DNA of 64,000 nt, taken from NCBI RefSeq assembly GCF_037042905.1, contig NC_087250.1:6698001-6762000 (forward strand). Reading direction: 5' to 3'. Below are positions 1 through 13,900 of the stretch, piece by piece (the stretch's first letter is position 1; each line of letters begins with the position of its first letter). The position numbers and the translations under genes were made by a program. The DNA is from Lytechinus pictus (taxonomy: Eukaryota). Below the pieces are notes generated by a model. That model was not told where the DNA came from and did not search any database. It saw nothing but the letters and a program-made list of their open reading frames with translations.

Positions 1-943
1 TTTATGAGAAAGTTTACGCGCGTCCTGCTCCCCCCCCCCCCCCCTGGAAAAAATTATGCGTAAGGCCATGATGATAATGAGATAAAAATAATGAAAATGA
101 AGTACACATAAATCAATGTGCCAGGCTCTTTAGAGCATGGCCGTATACTGAATTTCTTTCGGAGGAGGGGGGGGGGGGGAAGCAGACGCGTACACTTTCT
201 CAAGTTGAAAGCGACACAGCGAAACGACCAAACTTGTCATTTGGGCACTTTTTAGAGTTTTAAAAGTGAAATACGAAGGCTTTCTTGCACACTTTTGGTG
301 AATTTTGTGATAATTTTCAATAGAAAAATAAGTTTTTAAAAATTTAGGGGTCATCATGCCCCCGTATTGTCGTTGCGAGCATTTTGGGGCCAGGGTGAAA
401 TCGCCCCAAACGCCTCAAACAGACACTCCAAAATGTATTTGAAGTGCATTATTAGAACTGAAACTTATCTCTACACCAGGAAAAATTAACTTAACAAAAA
501 AAGCAACAAGAAATATTTATAAAAAGTAGAAGGGCCTGTACACTGATATTTCACTCTCTCAGCTCATATGCACTTGATCTACTTCCATCGAGGATTCGGG
601 CTAAATTCCGCCCGCCACTTCCGGGGACCAACCAACGTAGTATTTCGATGAAGAGCACTCCGTCGATTCACCGGTTGTCCCTACGATACACGCGCGCCTA
701 TGGGGATTGTGAACTGTAGGAAAAATCGTATAAAATTACACTTTTTGATATTTCTACGAAGACGAAGTTATATAGAAAATGAAGAATATTACAATCAGAC
801 CATATCCCTAGAAAATTGCTTCAAGAAATGTCATTATGAAGAGAAAATGGACAAAAATTTGTGAAGAAAAATCACGAAAAAGGAAATCGCATCATGAATA
901 TTCATATCATGGGCGGTCCCACATTTGCATGTTATAGCGAGTT

Positions 944-2210
944 TTCCATTATTTAATAAATAATGGCATTATTTAATAAATAATGGTTTTTTGTATATAA
1001 ATAATGATTATTTGTATATAATGGCAAACTGTAAAAATTGTTTATAAATAATGATTATTTATAAATAATGGGATATTGAAACTAAATTATTATTTATAAA
1101 TAATGAAGTAGATATTTCATTATTTAACAAATAATCTTTATTTATAAATAATGGAAAACTCGAACATTAAATAGTGATTATTTATAAATAATGAGAATAA
1201 TGGTGCACTCGAAAAAATTATTTACAAATAATGAAGTAGACGTTTTCATTATTTAACAAATAATCCTTATTTATAAATAAAGGAAAACTCAACAAATTAT
1301 TTATAAATAATGAAATGTGCACTGGCATTGATAATAAAAAATTATTATTTATAAATAATAGAAAACTTATTTATAAATAACGGAAAAACGAATTGCAATT
1401 ATTTATAAATAATGAAGTATGTAGTGTCATTATTTATAAATAATATAAAAACAAATAATCATTATTTATAAATAATGAAAAACAAATAATCATTATTTAT
1501 AAATAATGAAAAACAAATAATCATTATTTATAAATAATGAAAAACAAATAATCATTATTTATAAATAATGAAAAACAAATAATCATTATTTGTAAATAAT
1601 GAAAAACAAATAATCATTATTTATAAATAATGAAAAACAAATAATCATTATTTATAAATAATGAAAAACAAATAATCATTATTTGTAAATAATGAAAAAC
1701 AAATAATCATTATTTATAAATAATGAAAAACAAATAATCATTATTTATAAATAATGGAATGTCGAACTATTATTATTATCCTCGATGGAAGTAGATCAAG
1801 TGCATATGAGCTGAGAGAGTGAAATATCAGTGTACAGGCCCTTCTACTTTTTATAAATATTTCTTGTTGAAAAACAAATAATCATTATTTATAAATAATG
1901 AAAAACAAATAATCATTATTTATAAATAATGAAAAACAAATAATCATTATTTGTAAATAATGAAAAACAAATAATCATTATTTATAAATAATTAAAAACA
2001 AATAATCATTATTTATAAATAATGGAATGTCGAACTATTATTATTTACAAATAATGAAGTATTACTTGGAATTATATATAAATAATTAGAAATGATATTT
2101 TATATAATAGTAGTTATTTACAAATAAAATGTAAATTATATATAAATAATAGTTACTATTTAATAAATAATGATTATATAACAAATAATTGTTCTATATA
2201 ATATTGGTAC
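944..2210. repeat. AT-rich tandem array, 31-bp unit AAAAACAAATAATCATTATTTATAAATAATG
   Basis: Near-perfect units at 1440-2020, degenerate in the flanks. Palindromic core CATTATTTATAAATAATG. Confidence 0.95.
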
Positions 2211-2658
2211 ATTCGGCGCCTCATAGTCTAGTGTGTTTGTGTGACTATTTATAGAAATCCCAACACCACTTGAATTTACTGTATAGCGTAGCATGCCTGC
2301 ATGTTCGAACCAGGGATACGCATATCCCTGCTCCGCGTAGGCCTATCGTAATTGCTCTCTACTCTCTGTGTTTGGCAATACTCAAACTGATGAAGGGGGG
2401 GGGGGGAGGGGGTGGGTGCGGTGCGGTGTGTGAGTTCCTTGGTTTGCTTCCGAGTATTATTCTTCAAAATTACACATGGTAACGGTCATTTCTAGTATCG
2501 CAACTGTAAATTTATTTAAAACAAACAACACTTTTTTATAATGATGAATTTGTTTTCATGATTATGTTTGCATGTTTTATGGGTTTGTAGCTTATAATAA
2601 GACCGAAATGATTGTTTAAAGTTTAATCCCCCAAGTATTTTTGCAACAATCAAAGTAC

Positions 2659-2836
2659 CAGGGGCCGCGGAACGTTTTTCAAAGTGGGGGGGGGGGTGGC
2701 TAGCTGAGACAACTTGTGGGGGGCTGACCATCATCGGCTAAAAATCACAATCATATGGTTATTTTTACGTATCAGTGTACACGGTTTTGGAAAAAGGGGG
2801 GCTGATGATGACGCCACCTCGGTTCCGCGGCCCCTG
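2659..2836. mobile_element. hAT-like MITE with poly-G tract
   Basis: TIR CAGGGGCCGCGGAAC / GTTCCGCGGCCCCTG. A related copy lies at 57961-58061. Confidence 0.7.
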
Positions 2837-3164
2837 CATGTTAGAACGTAGTGTAACATTTGCAATTGAATTTGTTTCAACAACATCACGATACTCAACG
2901 GGACTGTTATAGTTTGTTGTATGCCTAGGCTTTTTATTGTCCAAACAGTTGTAATGTTTGTAATTATGACTTTGTTTTATGCTTATAATTTTTTTTTCGC
3001 TTACACTAAGACAAGACGCGGTAGTTTTAATTGATCCATTTCAAGTTGATAAATATTCATGGGCTTACAGGACAAATACTTATAAGTCTACAATAGTATT
3101 CATTATAGCCTTGAATTTTGTACCCCTATTCCGGTTTGTGTGTGATTTATTATATTGTGGTGGG

Positions 3165-3227
3165 CAGTGGCGTACCTAGGATTTTCCACAGGGGGGGGGG
3201 CAAAACCGTCCGCCAAAAAATTTGACA

Positions 3228-3261
<34 letters not shown>

Positions 3262-3388
3262 TCTTCAATCACAAATAAATCTTTCAAGCTCGTCAGGGGG
3301 GGGGGCAGGGATACGTCCTTTGCATGGGTTGTGGCTCGTCAGGGGGGGCAGACTGCCCCATCCCCCCCCCCCCGTAGGTACGCTAGTG
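3165..3388. mobile_element. hAT-like MITE
   Basis: CAGTGGCGTACCTA / TAGGTACGCTAGTG termini. 8-bp TSD GTGGTGGG/GTGGTAGG (7/8). Confidence 0.7.
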
Positions 3389-3625
3389 GTGGTAGGAGCT
3401 TACGAATCACTGGCGGATCCAGGGGTCACATCCTGCCCGTGCCCATGCACCCCTATAAGAACAACACCATCAAAATTGTAAATGTAATTATATCCCAAGT
3501 GTGCAAATTACCTATGCAGGGGGCCCGGTATGGAGCGGCATTGCGCCCCCGTCATGGATCATGTAGCCACTGATTTTTTTTTTCTGAATTCATTGCACAA
3601 CTTCCCCTAAGCCATGCACCGTTCA

Positions 3626-4240
3626 AGAACAAGTCCACCCAAACAAAAAGCTGATTGAAAAGAAAGAGAAAAATCAAACAAGCATATAACACTTAAAATT
3701 TCATCAAAATCTGAGCTAAAATAAGAATATTATGACATTTTAAAGTTTCGCTATATTTCACAAAACAGTTATATGCACATCTTAGTTGGCATGCAAATGG
3801 GATGACTTATGACATAACCCAATCACTATTTATTTGTACTTTATTATCATGAAATATGAAATATTCTCATTTCCCCCCCCCCCCCCCCCCATTGTCATGT
3901 GAAATAAAGTTGCATTCCTACCCGAAGATGTATAATTAAATTGTTTTAACATTATCTGGTTCAGACAATATAGGGTCCTAATTTTCAAATCTGTAAAAGC
4001 TGAAATGATATATAATTCAAGCAATAAAAACAAAACAAAAATAATTAGTGAGTGACATCATTGACTCTTATTTTGCATATCATAGTATTGAGCATATGAC
4101 TGTTTTTTTTTAAATCAGCGAAACTTTAAAATGTCATAACTTTCTTATTTTACATCCGATTTTGAGGAAGTTTTCAGCGTTATTTTTGTTTGTTTGATTT
4201 TCTCTATCAAACAACTTTTTTTCTGGGGTGGACTTGACCT
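3626..4240. mobile_element. Kolobok-type MITE
   Basis: AG...CT termini (AGAACAAGTCCACCC / GGGTGGACTTGACCT), flanked on both sides by TTCA (TTAA variant). Long imperfect internal inverted symmetry. Confidence 0.7.
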
Positions 4241-4339
4241 TTCAGGTAGGCATAATCTTGCCCAGCGCACTTGACATGATTTACAGGCCTAGCCTATATT
4301 ATATCGATTTCACAACCGAAGAGTTGTCGAACATATCTA

Positions 4340-7300
4340 CAGTGCCGGCCGCGGGAAACGTCACAGTGCCCCCTAGGGCGAACGCGGTAGCCCGTAGCGG
4401 ACATTTGAGGGGAGCGGACGAGGGAAGACGCCCGCGTCCGCTCCCCTAGGACATGAGTGCCCTAGGGGACTACCCCGCGTCTATCCTAGGGTGTTTCTGT
4501 AGGATGTTCGGCCGTGCATTCTTGGTCGAAAGAAGAGGACTGATTTGACACATTCAAGACTGCATGTGATTTTTATCTCATATCAAGCATAAGTTTTCGA
4601 ATATTTATCGTGGATAAAATCTGTTATGAAAATTACAAAGTTTTGGGTTGATAACTGGGATTTTAGGCTTTTTCACCGAATTACTTATTGTGTTCGATTA
4701 CACACTGGGACCAGCATAGAGGGTCCTTTCCTATATATTGATATTCTTTCCGTGGTGTCCGTTATTTCATTCACTCACATGGTTAGTCGTGATTGTAAAT
4801 GAGTTTCTGACAAAGGAGCAGGTATTTGTCGATGTTGACCCTACATTCCGGAGGTCGTCCTATAACTATTTACTCTATTGTTTCCCTGCATGGTCATCCT
4901 TTTTATATACCCTGACATGCCTTTCAGGCGCGGATCTACGAGATTCAGATAAAAGGGAGAAGAAGAAAAAACCAAAAATGAAAGAAAAGGCGAATATGAA
5001 GGGATGGATTGAAGACGATAAGGAAAGAGATAAGAGAAATAGAAAAAAGTGAGAGAAGGGGAAAGGGGAGAAAGAGAAAATAGGGGGGGGCGAAGAAGAG
5101 AAAGAGGGAGAGGGGGTAAAGAAAAGAAATAAGGAAAAGGTGAAAATCGAGAAGAAAACAGAGGGGATATCAAAATGCAAGGTTAGACAGAAAGAAAATA
5201 GCGAAAAGGAAAATAGATTGAAAATCAAAGGGGAGAAGAGTCAAAGGAAGAAAAGGAAGGACAGAATGAGAAAGAGAGAATGATAAGGAGGGGGATATTA
5301 AATGAGAGGAAGAAGGGAGACATAATAAAATCGTCCAGTTTTTCATATCAGAAAATACGTTAGTAACTCGCATCTGCCCATTTTTACGCTGATGACAAGT
5401 ATTAAACATTCTTGCGCTCAATCTTGTAATTATTTTCTCTCACCTTGCTCACAATTTCCTGCTCTCGTTGCATCAATTAAAAACTTGTCCCGAATTAACA
5501 TCCGCTCATTCAAGAAAGAAAAATTAAAGAAAAAGGCAAATAGGAAGGGATGGAGGGAAAATGAGAAGGAAAATAGAAAAAGTGAGAGAAGCAGAAGGGA
5601 GCGAAGAAAAGAAGGGGAAAGGGGAGAAAGAGAAAATAGAGGGGGCTTATTGGTTCATGGTAATATGGATACCATATAGTTCTGCGGTACTTAGTTATGA
5701 AACTTGTTTTACTCAGTAATGCTCACACGTGATGATTAAAAGGATTTTCGACTATATAGAGGTGAACCGGGACGGGGCTTTCATTCTTTAACTTGGCTTG
5801 ACTAATTCCGTTGTTCCCCCGAAAAGAATTGTTAGATTTGATAGTTAGCGTTTGCGTGAGCACCCACCAAAACTCTTAACAAAAGAATGGTTTGTATAGC
5901 TCCATTCTTGCTTTGTCGGCAAGTGATAATTAACTCGTTAAGTACCCATTCCACACACTACGTCATAGTAGCTTTCGAAAACATACATGTACTTTTACTT
6001 GGGTATGTGTTTAAACATTGAAGCTAAATGTGCTATAATTTTTTTAAATAGTTACATTATGTAAATAGCTTTTGCTGCTTTGCTCTGGAGCGCATTGAGC
6101 ATCCAATCAAGATGGAAAGTGCGCTTTGCAAATGTCATGTATTATTATTTTTAGCTACCATATAACACTGAATTCTGTATTATACCAAGTTGATACTTGG
6201 TTTTATCATTTCCAATTCATATAACAAAATATATTTCGAAGGAAAATCTTGCTTTACTTAAATAAAATTAATAAACAATGTTTATAACTTTAATTGATGT
6301 CCGACAAATCTAACAATATAAGACCGCAGTTCGTAAATATGATAGTTTAATCTTTACTTCGACGTCAATTATTCGTGTTATTACAATCATGTAGGTGTAT
6401 CAGGGATATTAATATTCGTTTTAATCCCATCTATACTTTTATATAAAATTGCGCGAAATATATGTGGTTGTTCTCACTATGAAGCTGCAACCCCTCTTCA
6501 TTTTTCTCATCCTCCACTTCTTTCTTCTCCTTTATTATTTCCACCACTTTCATCTCTTCCCAATTCGAATATCTACCAATGTAACTTAAAAACCACAATA
6601 GAGAGCAGGTAATGTAATCAGATGTTTTAGCAAAAAGATAAATCTGTTACATCTATTGCATTTAGGTAAATTTATATTTTTTATTGGGTGAGGGTTTTAG
6701 AGACCCGATTTGAACCGAAATGAAAAGAACATCCTCATTTATTGTTGTTAGCGTATCAACAAATTAATCCCCCTCCTCATTTCTATGAACATCCTGTCAT
6801 AAATTGGGAAGCGGATGTGATCAAAGGAGATCAAATGTGTGGGCGGGGAGCAAGACTCTACCAGACTGTTGACAATAACAAAAGAACCAAATAAAAAATC
6901 GATGAGCACAACCAGTTTTGCTGGTGTTTGCTTTTTGCACGTCTACTTTGTATGATCTTGGTCATACTAGTATTCGTTTTCACCTTTCATTCCCTTTATT
7001 AGGGTTGTATCAACCATGTCAACGAATTGACGATCCCAATATTGACCGCACGTTTGTTTTAACATAATGAGAATTCGCAAATGCCCTTGATATTCATAAT
7101 TCTGTTTTATTTCAAGTTTGTCATTAATGTTTGTTAACATTCACTCTGTTAATAACTTGTCAATTTTGATTTACAAAAAAATCAAGTCTGCTTATTAATG
7201 CCTTTTATCTATTTTAATTATTTTTTTTGTTGATATCCCTTTATTTCTTCTTTCCGGATTCCACCCTGTGCACCCCGTTAAACTCAGGGAAGAATGTTTC

Positions 7301-8385
7301 AAATGTTTTCTAGTTCTTACACTGTTCACAATAAGGAGATGTGATTAGGTGTATTGTTTACGCTGAAGGGAGAGGAATGGGTGCGTATGGAAAAAATATC
7401 CCAAAAGATAGAGAATTGATCTCCATGACATTAACTCACAATTGTGTCCTATTTTTTAAAAACAAGTTTGTATGATACACGTATGCCTCCCACGTAAGGC
7501 GTAAGGAAAAAAGTTTACCTAATGCATCAAATTAGATTGATTGATAAGATTCATTGCGGTAAATGAAATACAATAAATTCGATGTTCCAGCCAGATGACC
7601 AGATTTCACAAAATTAAATACGGGACAATCGACAAAGCACTATGTACCATCGGATCGACCGAGCCAGGCCAAAAAATCAACAAAAAGGCTACACAATGTT
7701 AGACTTGTTAACAAAATATAATTAAGAAAGGGGAAGGGAGGGTGAGCGGAAGAAAGAAAAGAGAAAATAATGAGGAAACAAGAAATGAATTGAGACGAAA
7801 GAAAAAAATAAGGAAAAATTAAAAGGAAAAAAGTTTGAATAAAAGAGAGAACGGTTTCCGTCATTACTTGTAATGAATAAAGAAAGAAAGAATTAAAATA
7901 AAGGAAGGGAAGATGAATAAATGTGTGAAAGAAAAAACATAAGGAGAGAAAAGAGAAAAGTAAGAAAAATGGAGGAAAAGAGAAAGAAATAAAAAGAATT
8001 CCTTCATTATTTGAAAGAAACAAAGACAGAATAAAACATGAAGGAAGAAAGGGAAAGAGGGAATAAGGGAAAACAGAATAAAAAAAAAGAAAAAAATAAC
8101 ATCTACAAAAAAATAATCTACAATAGATTCCGATCACGCTAGTTTAAAAACATAATGGTCTATCACAAGATCACCAAAGTACATGCACATGTAAACATAA
8201 TGCAATGTACGTACCCTAGGGCACCCGAGGATAAGTGCGGGCACGGCCAATATTATATAGCACGCAGGAAACTGCGGGCCCGGGAAAACGCCCTCGTCTG
8301 CTCCCCTTGAATACCCTCGGTTAGACGCAAAAGCCCCCTAGGGTGTTTGCGTGCTCGGGCGTGACGTTTCCTGCGGCCGGCACTG
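4340..8385. mobile_element. Non-autonomous Tc1/mariner-like (TA-flanked) element, 4.0 kb
   Basis: TA at both flanks. TIR CAGTGCCGGCCGC(G/A)GGAAACGTCAC 24/25 match. Subterminal AGGGGAGCRGACGAGGG also inverted. Interior non-coding with purine-rich tracts. Confidence 0.8.
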
Positions 8386-10962
8386 TATTTTAAAGGAGAA
8401 AATTCTTACATCACCTAATGACCAAACCCCGTCACTGAACGAATTTATGACACCATATATTCCAAAAAAGGCTTTATATGCTTTGTGCCAAAAAGTGCTT
8501 GTCAAAAGGATGAAAACGCGGCTACGACCACTCTAAGCACCAAGGCTATTAATTCCTGTGTTAAAAAAGTGAGTGCACGCGAATTAAATGTTGGACTTAA
8601 ATTACTAGATCTTACCATGGAGCTCCATGACGAAATCTATTCTTAAATTAGACTCTAGATATTACTAAGTTGAAAAAAAATGTATAAATAGTACTCGCCT
8701 GGTCTTTTCTTGGGGTATTGAAGCCTTTTTGTCCAGAACTTGCTCAACTTTTACGGCAAATTTTGTCGCCATAGGGTTGTGCACATTCTCGTTTAATACT
8801 GGTTGTCACGTGACACGGCAATGTCGTTAGGCTGTTTGGCCTGTATTCAAGGCGTTCTATCCGTTATGATTTTATATTGAATGAAGCAAATTCCATCAGG
8901 TATAGGCCCCTATCAAGTCAAAATCGATACAGGGATCGAGAGGGGGGGGGGGGTGGAGCCAAAAATTTCCCAGTCACATGGTATGAAAATGAGATTTTTT
9001 TATGATTGTCCACGATCATTAGGGCAAACCTGTGTGTGGCAGTACGGTAGCGTGATGAGTAAAAAAATAAAAATAAAAGAAAGAAAGAGGGCCAATGTAG
9101 GCATACATGGCGCGTGGGAATAAAGTTGCTTTATATGTTCCAAGCAAGTGAAGCAAGCGAGAAAAAAAAATTTCGTGCAAAACTAAATTTGAGATATAGA
9201 TATCTTAACTTACACTTTTCCTTTTCTTTTCATTAATTCCCTTCATTTCTTTTTTATCTTGGTTGTATAACTTTCGGGGGCCCCTAGGCCTAACCCTTCC
9301 ATCGTGTACCCCCAGTGCAATATCAGCAGGTGGGTCTCGATAACTCTGGATATTTAGCAATTAGATCTATTTAGAGAAAAACATAACGTTAATGTTTTGA
9401 CCCCTTCCCCCCCAAAAAAAAGGAAAAACAATTATAAACTAAGTTATACACATCCCCCTTTTCTCATTTCGCTTTTTATTTTCTCTATTCCCTCCTTATT
9501 GTTTTGGGGGGAGGGACTTTTTCGGGGGCACCGCCCCTAGCTACGCGCCTACCAGATGAAGAGGCGAGCGAGCAAAACCTTTGTCACTTTTATTACAAAT
9601 ATCAATTTTGCAATAGATTTCGACATAACATTCGGAATTATTCTCGCATGCATTTTTCTTTCCTTTTGCTTTTTTATGGCCTTTTATTTCTCTTCCCTTT
9701 CTCTTTCTGTCTTTCTTTCTTTCTTTTCCTTCCTTTATTCCTTTTCTCTTATCCCGTTTTTTTTTTGGTGAAATCCACTGGACCGGGGATCAAGGACCAG
9801 CCTGCATGCCCCCGGCGGTTTACGCCTGTGCCGTGGATGTAAGCTATATATACGCATGATCTAAATCTTCATTATGATTCCAACTATATAGAGGCGCATC
9901 CAAGATTTTCCAAATTAAGTAGGGGGGGGCGGGGTGAATTTTCTCAAGTAAAATTTGACAACTCCCAAAAAAGGTTCTTACAAAAAAAAAAAAAACGGTC
10001 ATTATATTGTCTCGCGTAAAGTTTGACAAGTTAAAAAAAAATGGTCACTCAAAATGAAAGTCATTTTGTCCGCGTAATATTCGGCAAGCCCCCCCCCCCC
10101 CCCACAAAAATAAGAAAAGGGAAAGTCATTTTGTCCACGTGATATTTGGCAACCCCCCCCCCCCCCAAAAAAAAAAAAAAAAAAAAAAAAAAAGTTGTCA
10201 CTAAAAAGAAGGTCATTTTTTCCACCATTGATTATATTTGGCAAGCCCCTAACCCCCACCCTCATAAAAAAGTTTGTCCCTAAAAGTGATGTATAGAAAG
10301 TCATATTGTTAATTTGTTCCCAGTAAAATTTTGAATTTGGCAATTAAAAAAAAGGCCAAAAAGAGAAAAGAATATGAACGAAATATCCCCATTACAAATA
10401 ATGCTGTACGTGATTCTCATGAGGGGGGGGGGGGGGGGCACATAACTAGTATTAACAACATATTTAATTCCAAAATGTTTACTATAAATCTCAAAAGGGG
10501 GAACGGGCAGAAATGTTCACCCCAACCCCCCCCCCCCCCCTGCCACTGATTCCAATCAATAATGACTTTTCTCTGCAATACTAATGCTTTGAAATCAAGA
10601 TACTGAAGATTGATACGCTTAACATAAATTATGAACGTCTGACAAAAAGATAACCAACCGATCACCTGACCGATCAGCTGGCCAGTACGCGTATCACTTC
10701 GGAGTTGATCACTCGTCGCAGGTGTGTGGAACCTCACCGAAAATCAACAAAAAGGGCCTGAAATGTAAGTTTAACAATAATCCATTTTAATTTCAACTAT
10801 ATATAGAACTTACTCAATTTAATGCGACCAAATAAAAGTTATATCTTAACACTGCAACTTGTATTAATGCGTACATTTACCAAAGTCTTGGGTTGGAAAT
10901 CAGAACAGCATTGTCCAACCCATAATTTGGGTAATGTCGCCTATGAGGTCCATACATGTTAA

Positions 10963-13900
10963 CCCTTTGCGTGCGACGGGCTTCCACAGAAGCCCAGCGA
11001 GTCGTTCACTTAGCTACGACGGGCTTCTACAGAAGCCGAGAAATGTTTGGTTTAATTCAATTAAGTTTTTCAGCTTTTTCGTAATTTTTATGTACTAAAA
11101 CCTCTGCCACTATTTCCTTCATAAACCTATTTCGATAACAGATTGAAAAAAATATACAGCTACGTGGGGAAAAATCCCGAAAATAGGAAATCATTTCAAC
11201 TTTACCCGATTTTTTTCGTTGGAGTCGGAAGGGGAAGATAAATTTTGTGACGAGCACGTACGCGCGCGCATAAGGCCTGATCACGTGATTTGATCCATAT
11301 CGTTGTTCTGATAGATATACGCTAACATCTTTTCTGCAAGATCGTCACGTAATAAGCTACGCGTTTATTCACCATTTTCGTCTTATTTGTTTAATCAAGA
11401 AGATATCACTCTAGATAGAATGATATCTCCTTGGTTTCATCGATCGATTGCATTTTCCGAAAAGCAAAAAGCTTATAATTTCTTAGTACTTTGAGCTGAT
11501 CTCGGTGCACTTTTGAACTTTTTCCCTCCCCATCATCCCTCTTCTTCTCATTATTTTTGTCTACTATTCTGAAAAAATGACAAAAGAAAACAGTTTAGCA
11601 CACCATTCATCTTCTGCTCTTTTCAAAAGGGGAACGTCCATGTAGTTCATGATATCGGCACTACCCGAACAAAAGAATGTCTGGGCGGCCACTCAAACAA
11701 ATTCCTTCCGAAAAGAGCAGGATACAGATGGTCAACGCCCCGAACAAAAGGAAGATTAGTGTTTATCGGCGGGATGACCCATTGAACGCTTTTCGTACTT
11801 AGCAATACAAAAAGCTTTTATGAATCCTTTTTTTTCGACCAACATACCGTATCTACAAAAAATGTCTCATTACCGACAGCACAGGTGCTTATGACATCCG
11901 TCAGTGATTCTGCAAAAAGGCGCTTCCCTGGGTGATGATGCATATAAGGATGAACGAATAATTATCTAGGGAAATTATCGAAAAAATAGGTTCAAATGTC
12001 AGGGAGGACGAGAGAGACAGAGATAAAATGGGGAACAGACAAGTGCGCTTTTGCTAAAATTCCATGAATATATACTTAAACGAATTACAACATTTTATTT
12101 TTTGGTTAGATTACTTAAAAAAATCCCACAATGTTTGTTTGTTGCAACTCGGTCCTCAGACCCTTGCCAAACTGATGACTTTTTATCATTGTTCTTGTTT
12201 GACCCCCCCCCCCCCCCACCCCTCCCGATGGAAATGTTCTGACCTACACTCTAATATTGCTTGTTTGTCTCCTCTCTCCGATTTTCTGTTTTTAGTTGCG
12301 AGTAACGCGGTAGAAAAGATAAGAATAAAAACCGTCCTGGCCCCTTTTTTCCCCGTTACGACCAACAACAAAAAAATCGCATTTGGGGCGCTTACCATGG
12401 TTAGCATCTAAACCAAAATGTTTGGAAAAAGATGTTATACAGGGACAGCAATGTTTTTATGGTGCAGGTGTTGAGCTGTGGGACGGGGATGAAGCGGCTA
12501 AAAAATACAATTTGTTAATTCATGTCATTTTACAGAATGAATTTATAATAGGTTAGGTTCTAGAAGCTCTTCATCTTATTTCCTTTTCTCACCCAGATGA
12601 AAACTTTTGCATTGAAAAGTTGACGGAAACATAATTACTTCAAATGATAAAACCAATAATGAACTAAAAGTTTCCTCGCGCGAAATGGAGGAAATAGAAT
12701 GATACAGGATGATAAATTACGCTAAGGCACCCCCTACAAAGAAAACACGTTTGTATGGCGTATCACCCGATAGAATCCTCTCAATCCTACAAACTTTTAT
12801 TCATGTGTAACCTACACCCCCCAAAAAAAAAATGTTGATACCGACCCAAATTTTATTGATTTTCCTACTTTTTTGCCAATTTCTTTCTCATTTTTTTAAC
12901 TGGCGAATAGCGTGGTAGAAAAGATTCATAGAGGAAAAAAATTGTTTCCGTGACTGAATGTGGGAGGGAGTGGACCGGCCGAAAAAAAATCAGAAATTTA
13001 TATAGACTTCGGATATTTTGTACATGTTTGCTGAAAGGGGTGAGGACGGTGAGGACTGAAACTTCTTACCAACTCCGCCGCCTCTGTACTATTAGATTGA
13101 ACGATTAAAATGATAGAGACAAAAACGAATTCTAACTATTTTGAAAGTTTTTTTAATGATTTATTATCGCTTGTGAAATCAAGGAGACAATAGAACAAAA
13201 CGAAAGAACAAATAAAAAAAAACACTTATGATTGCGGATGATATAATTTATTCAAGAAAAATACTTTCTTCTACTTTCAGTAATTGCTTTGCTCTTTTTG
13301 AGGGAATAGTAAGATAAAGAAAGAAACGTAGAAAGTGACAAAAAGAGAGTTGGGAGGTATGATTTCAGACTTACAATTTTAGTCACTGTTATTCGTTTAA
13401 CTCTTTGAAATAATTTCAGGATATTACAAATCGAATACCGATGCGCAAACTTCAGGAACAAAATTATATTATTACTATAATATCTGCGTGGGAAATCGGA
13501 TTAAATGAAACATATAATTTATGAAAAAATCTAAAAAAGAAAATTACTTTTAGTGAAAGATTGAGGCCTCTATCTTGCCATAACCCTAAGCCTCAGGTTC
13601 ACAAAAAATAGTTTAGTCGTGCATTTTTATACGATGATGATGATGATCATCATCATATTGTCTTTTGCGAAAGATATCTACCCACGTTATCAATATAGAA
13701 AATGGAAAATGAATATAATTTATTGTGAAATGACAGTTACAATAGTAATTTTAGAAGGTTTTTCGCGACATTATTTGAGAAACAGGGGGAAAAAACCCAA
13801 AATTTTTGACATGATGACCACGATGCAATAGGACGAGAGGCCCACAAATGCAACCATCTCCGATCAATACAAGTTAGCAAAAACGAGGCATTCTCTCGGA

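Noticed and set aside
944..2210. Regular 31-bp repeats superficially like a CRISPR array
   Set aside because: No unique spacers and no cas genes; a eukaryotic satellite.
4738..8137. Several 95-165 aa ORFs (F/L/S-rich or K/E/R-rich)
   Set aside because: Translations of purine/pyrimidine low-complexity tracts inside a non-autonomous transposon.
8930..10550. Many poly-G/poly-C and poly-A runs (possible G-quadruplex signal)
   Set aside because: They belong to common short MITE remnants found throughout the window; nothing locus-specific.
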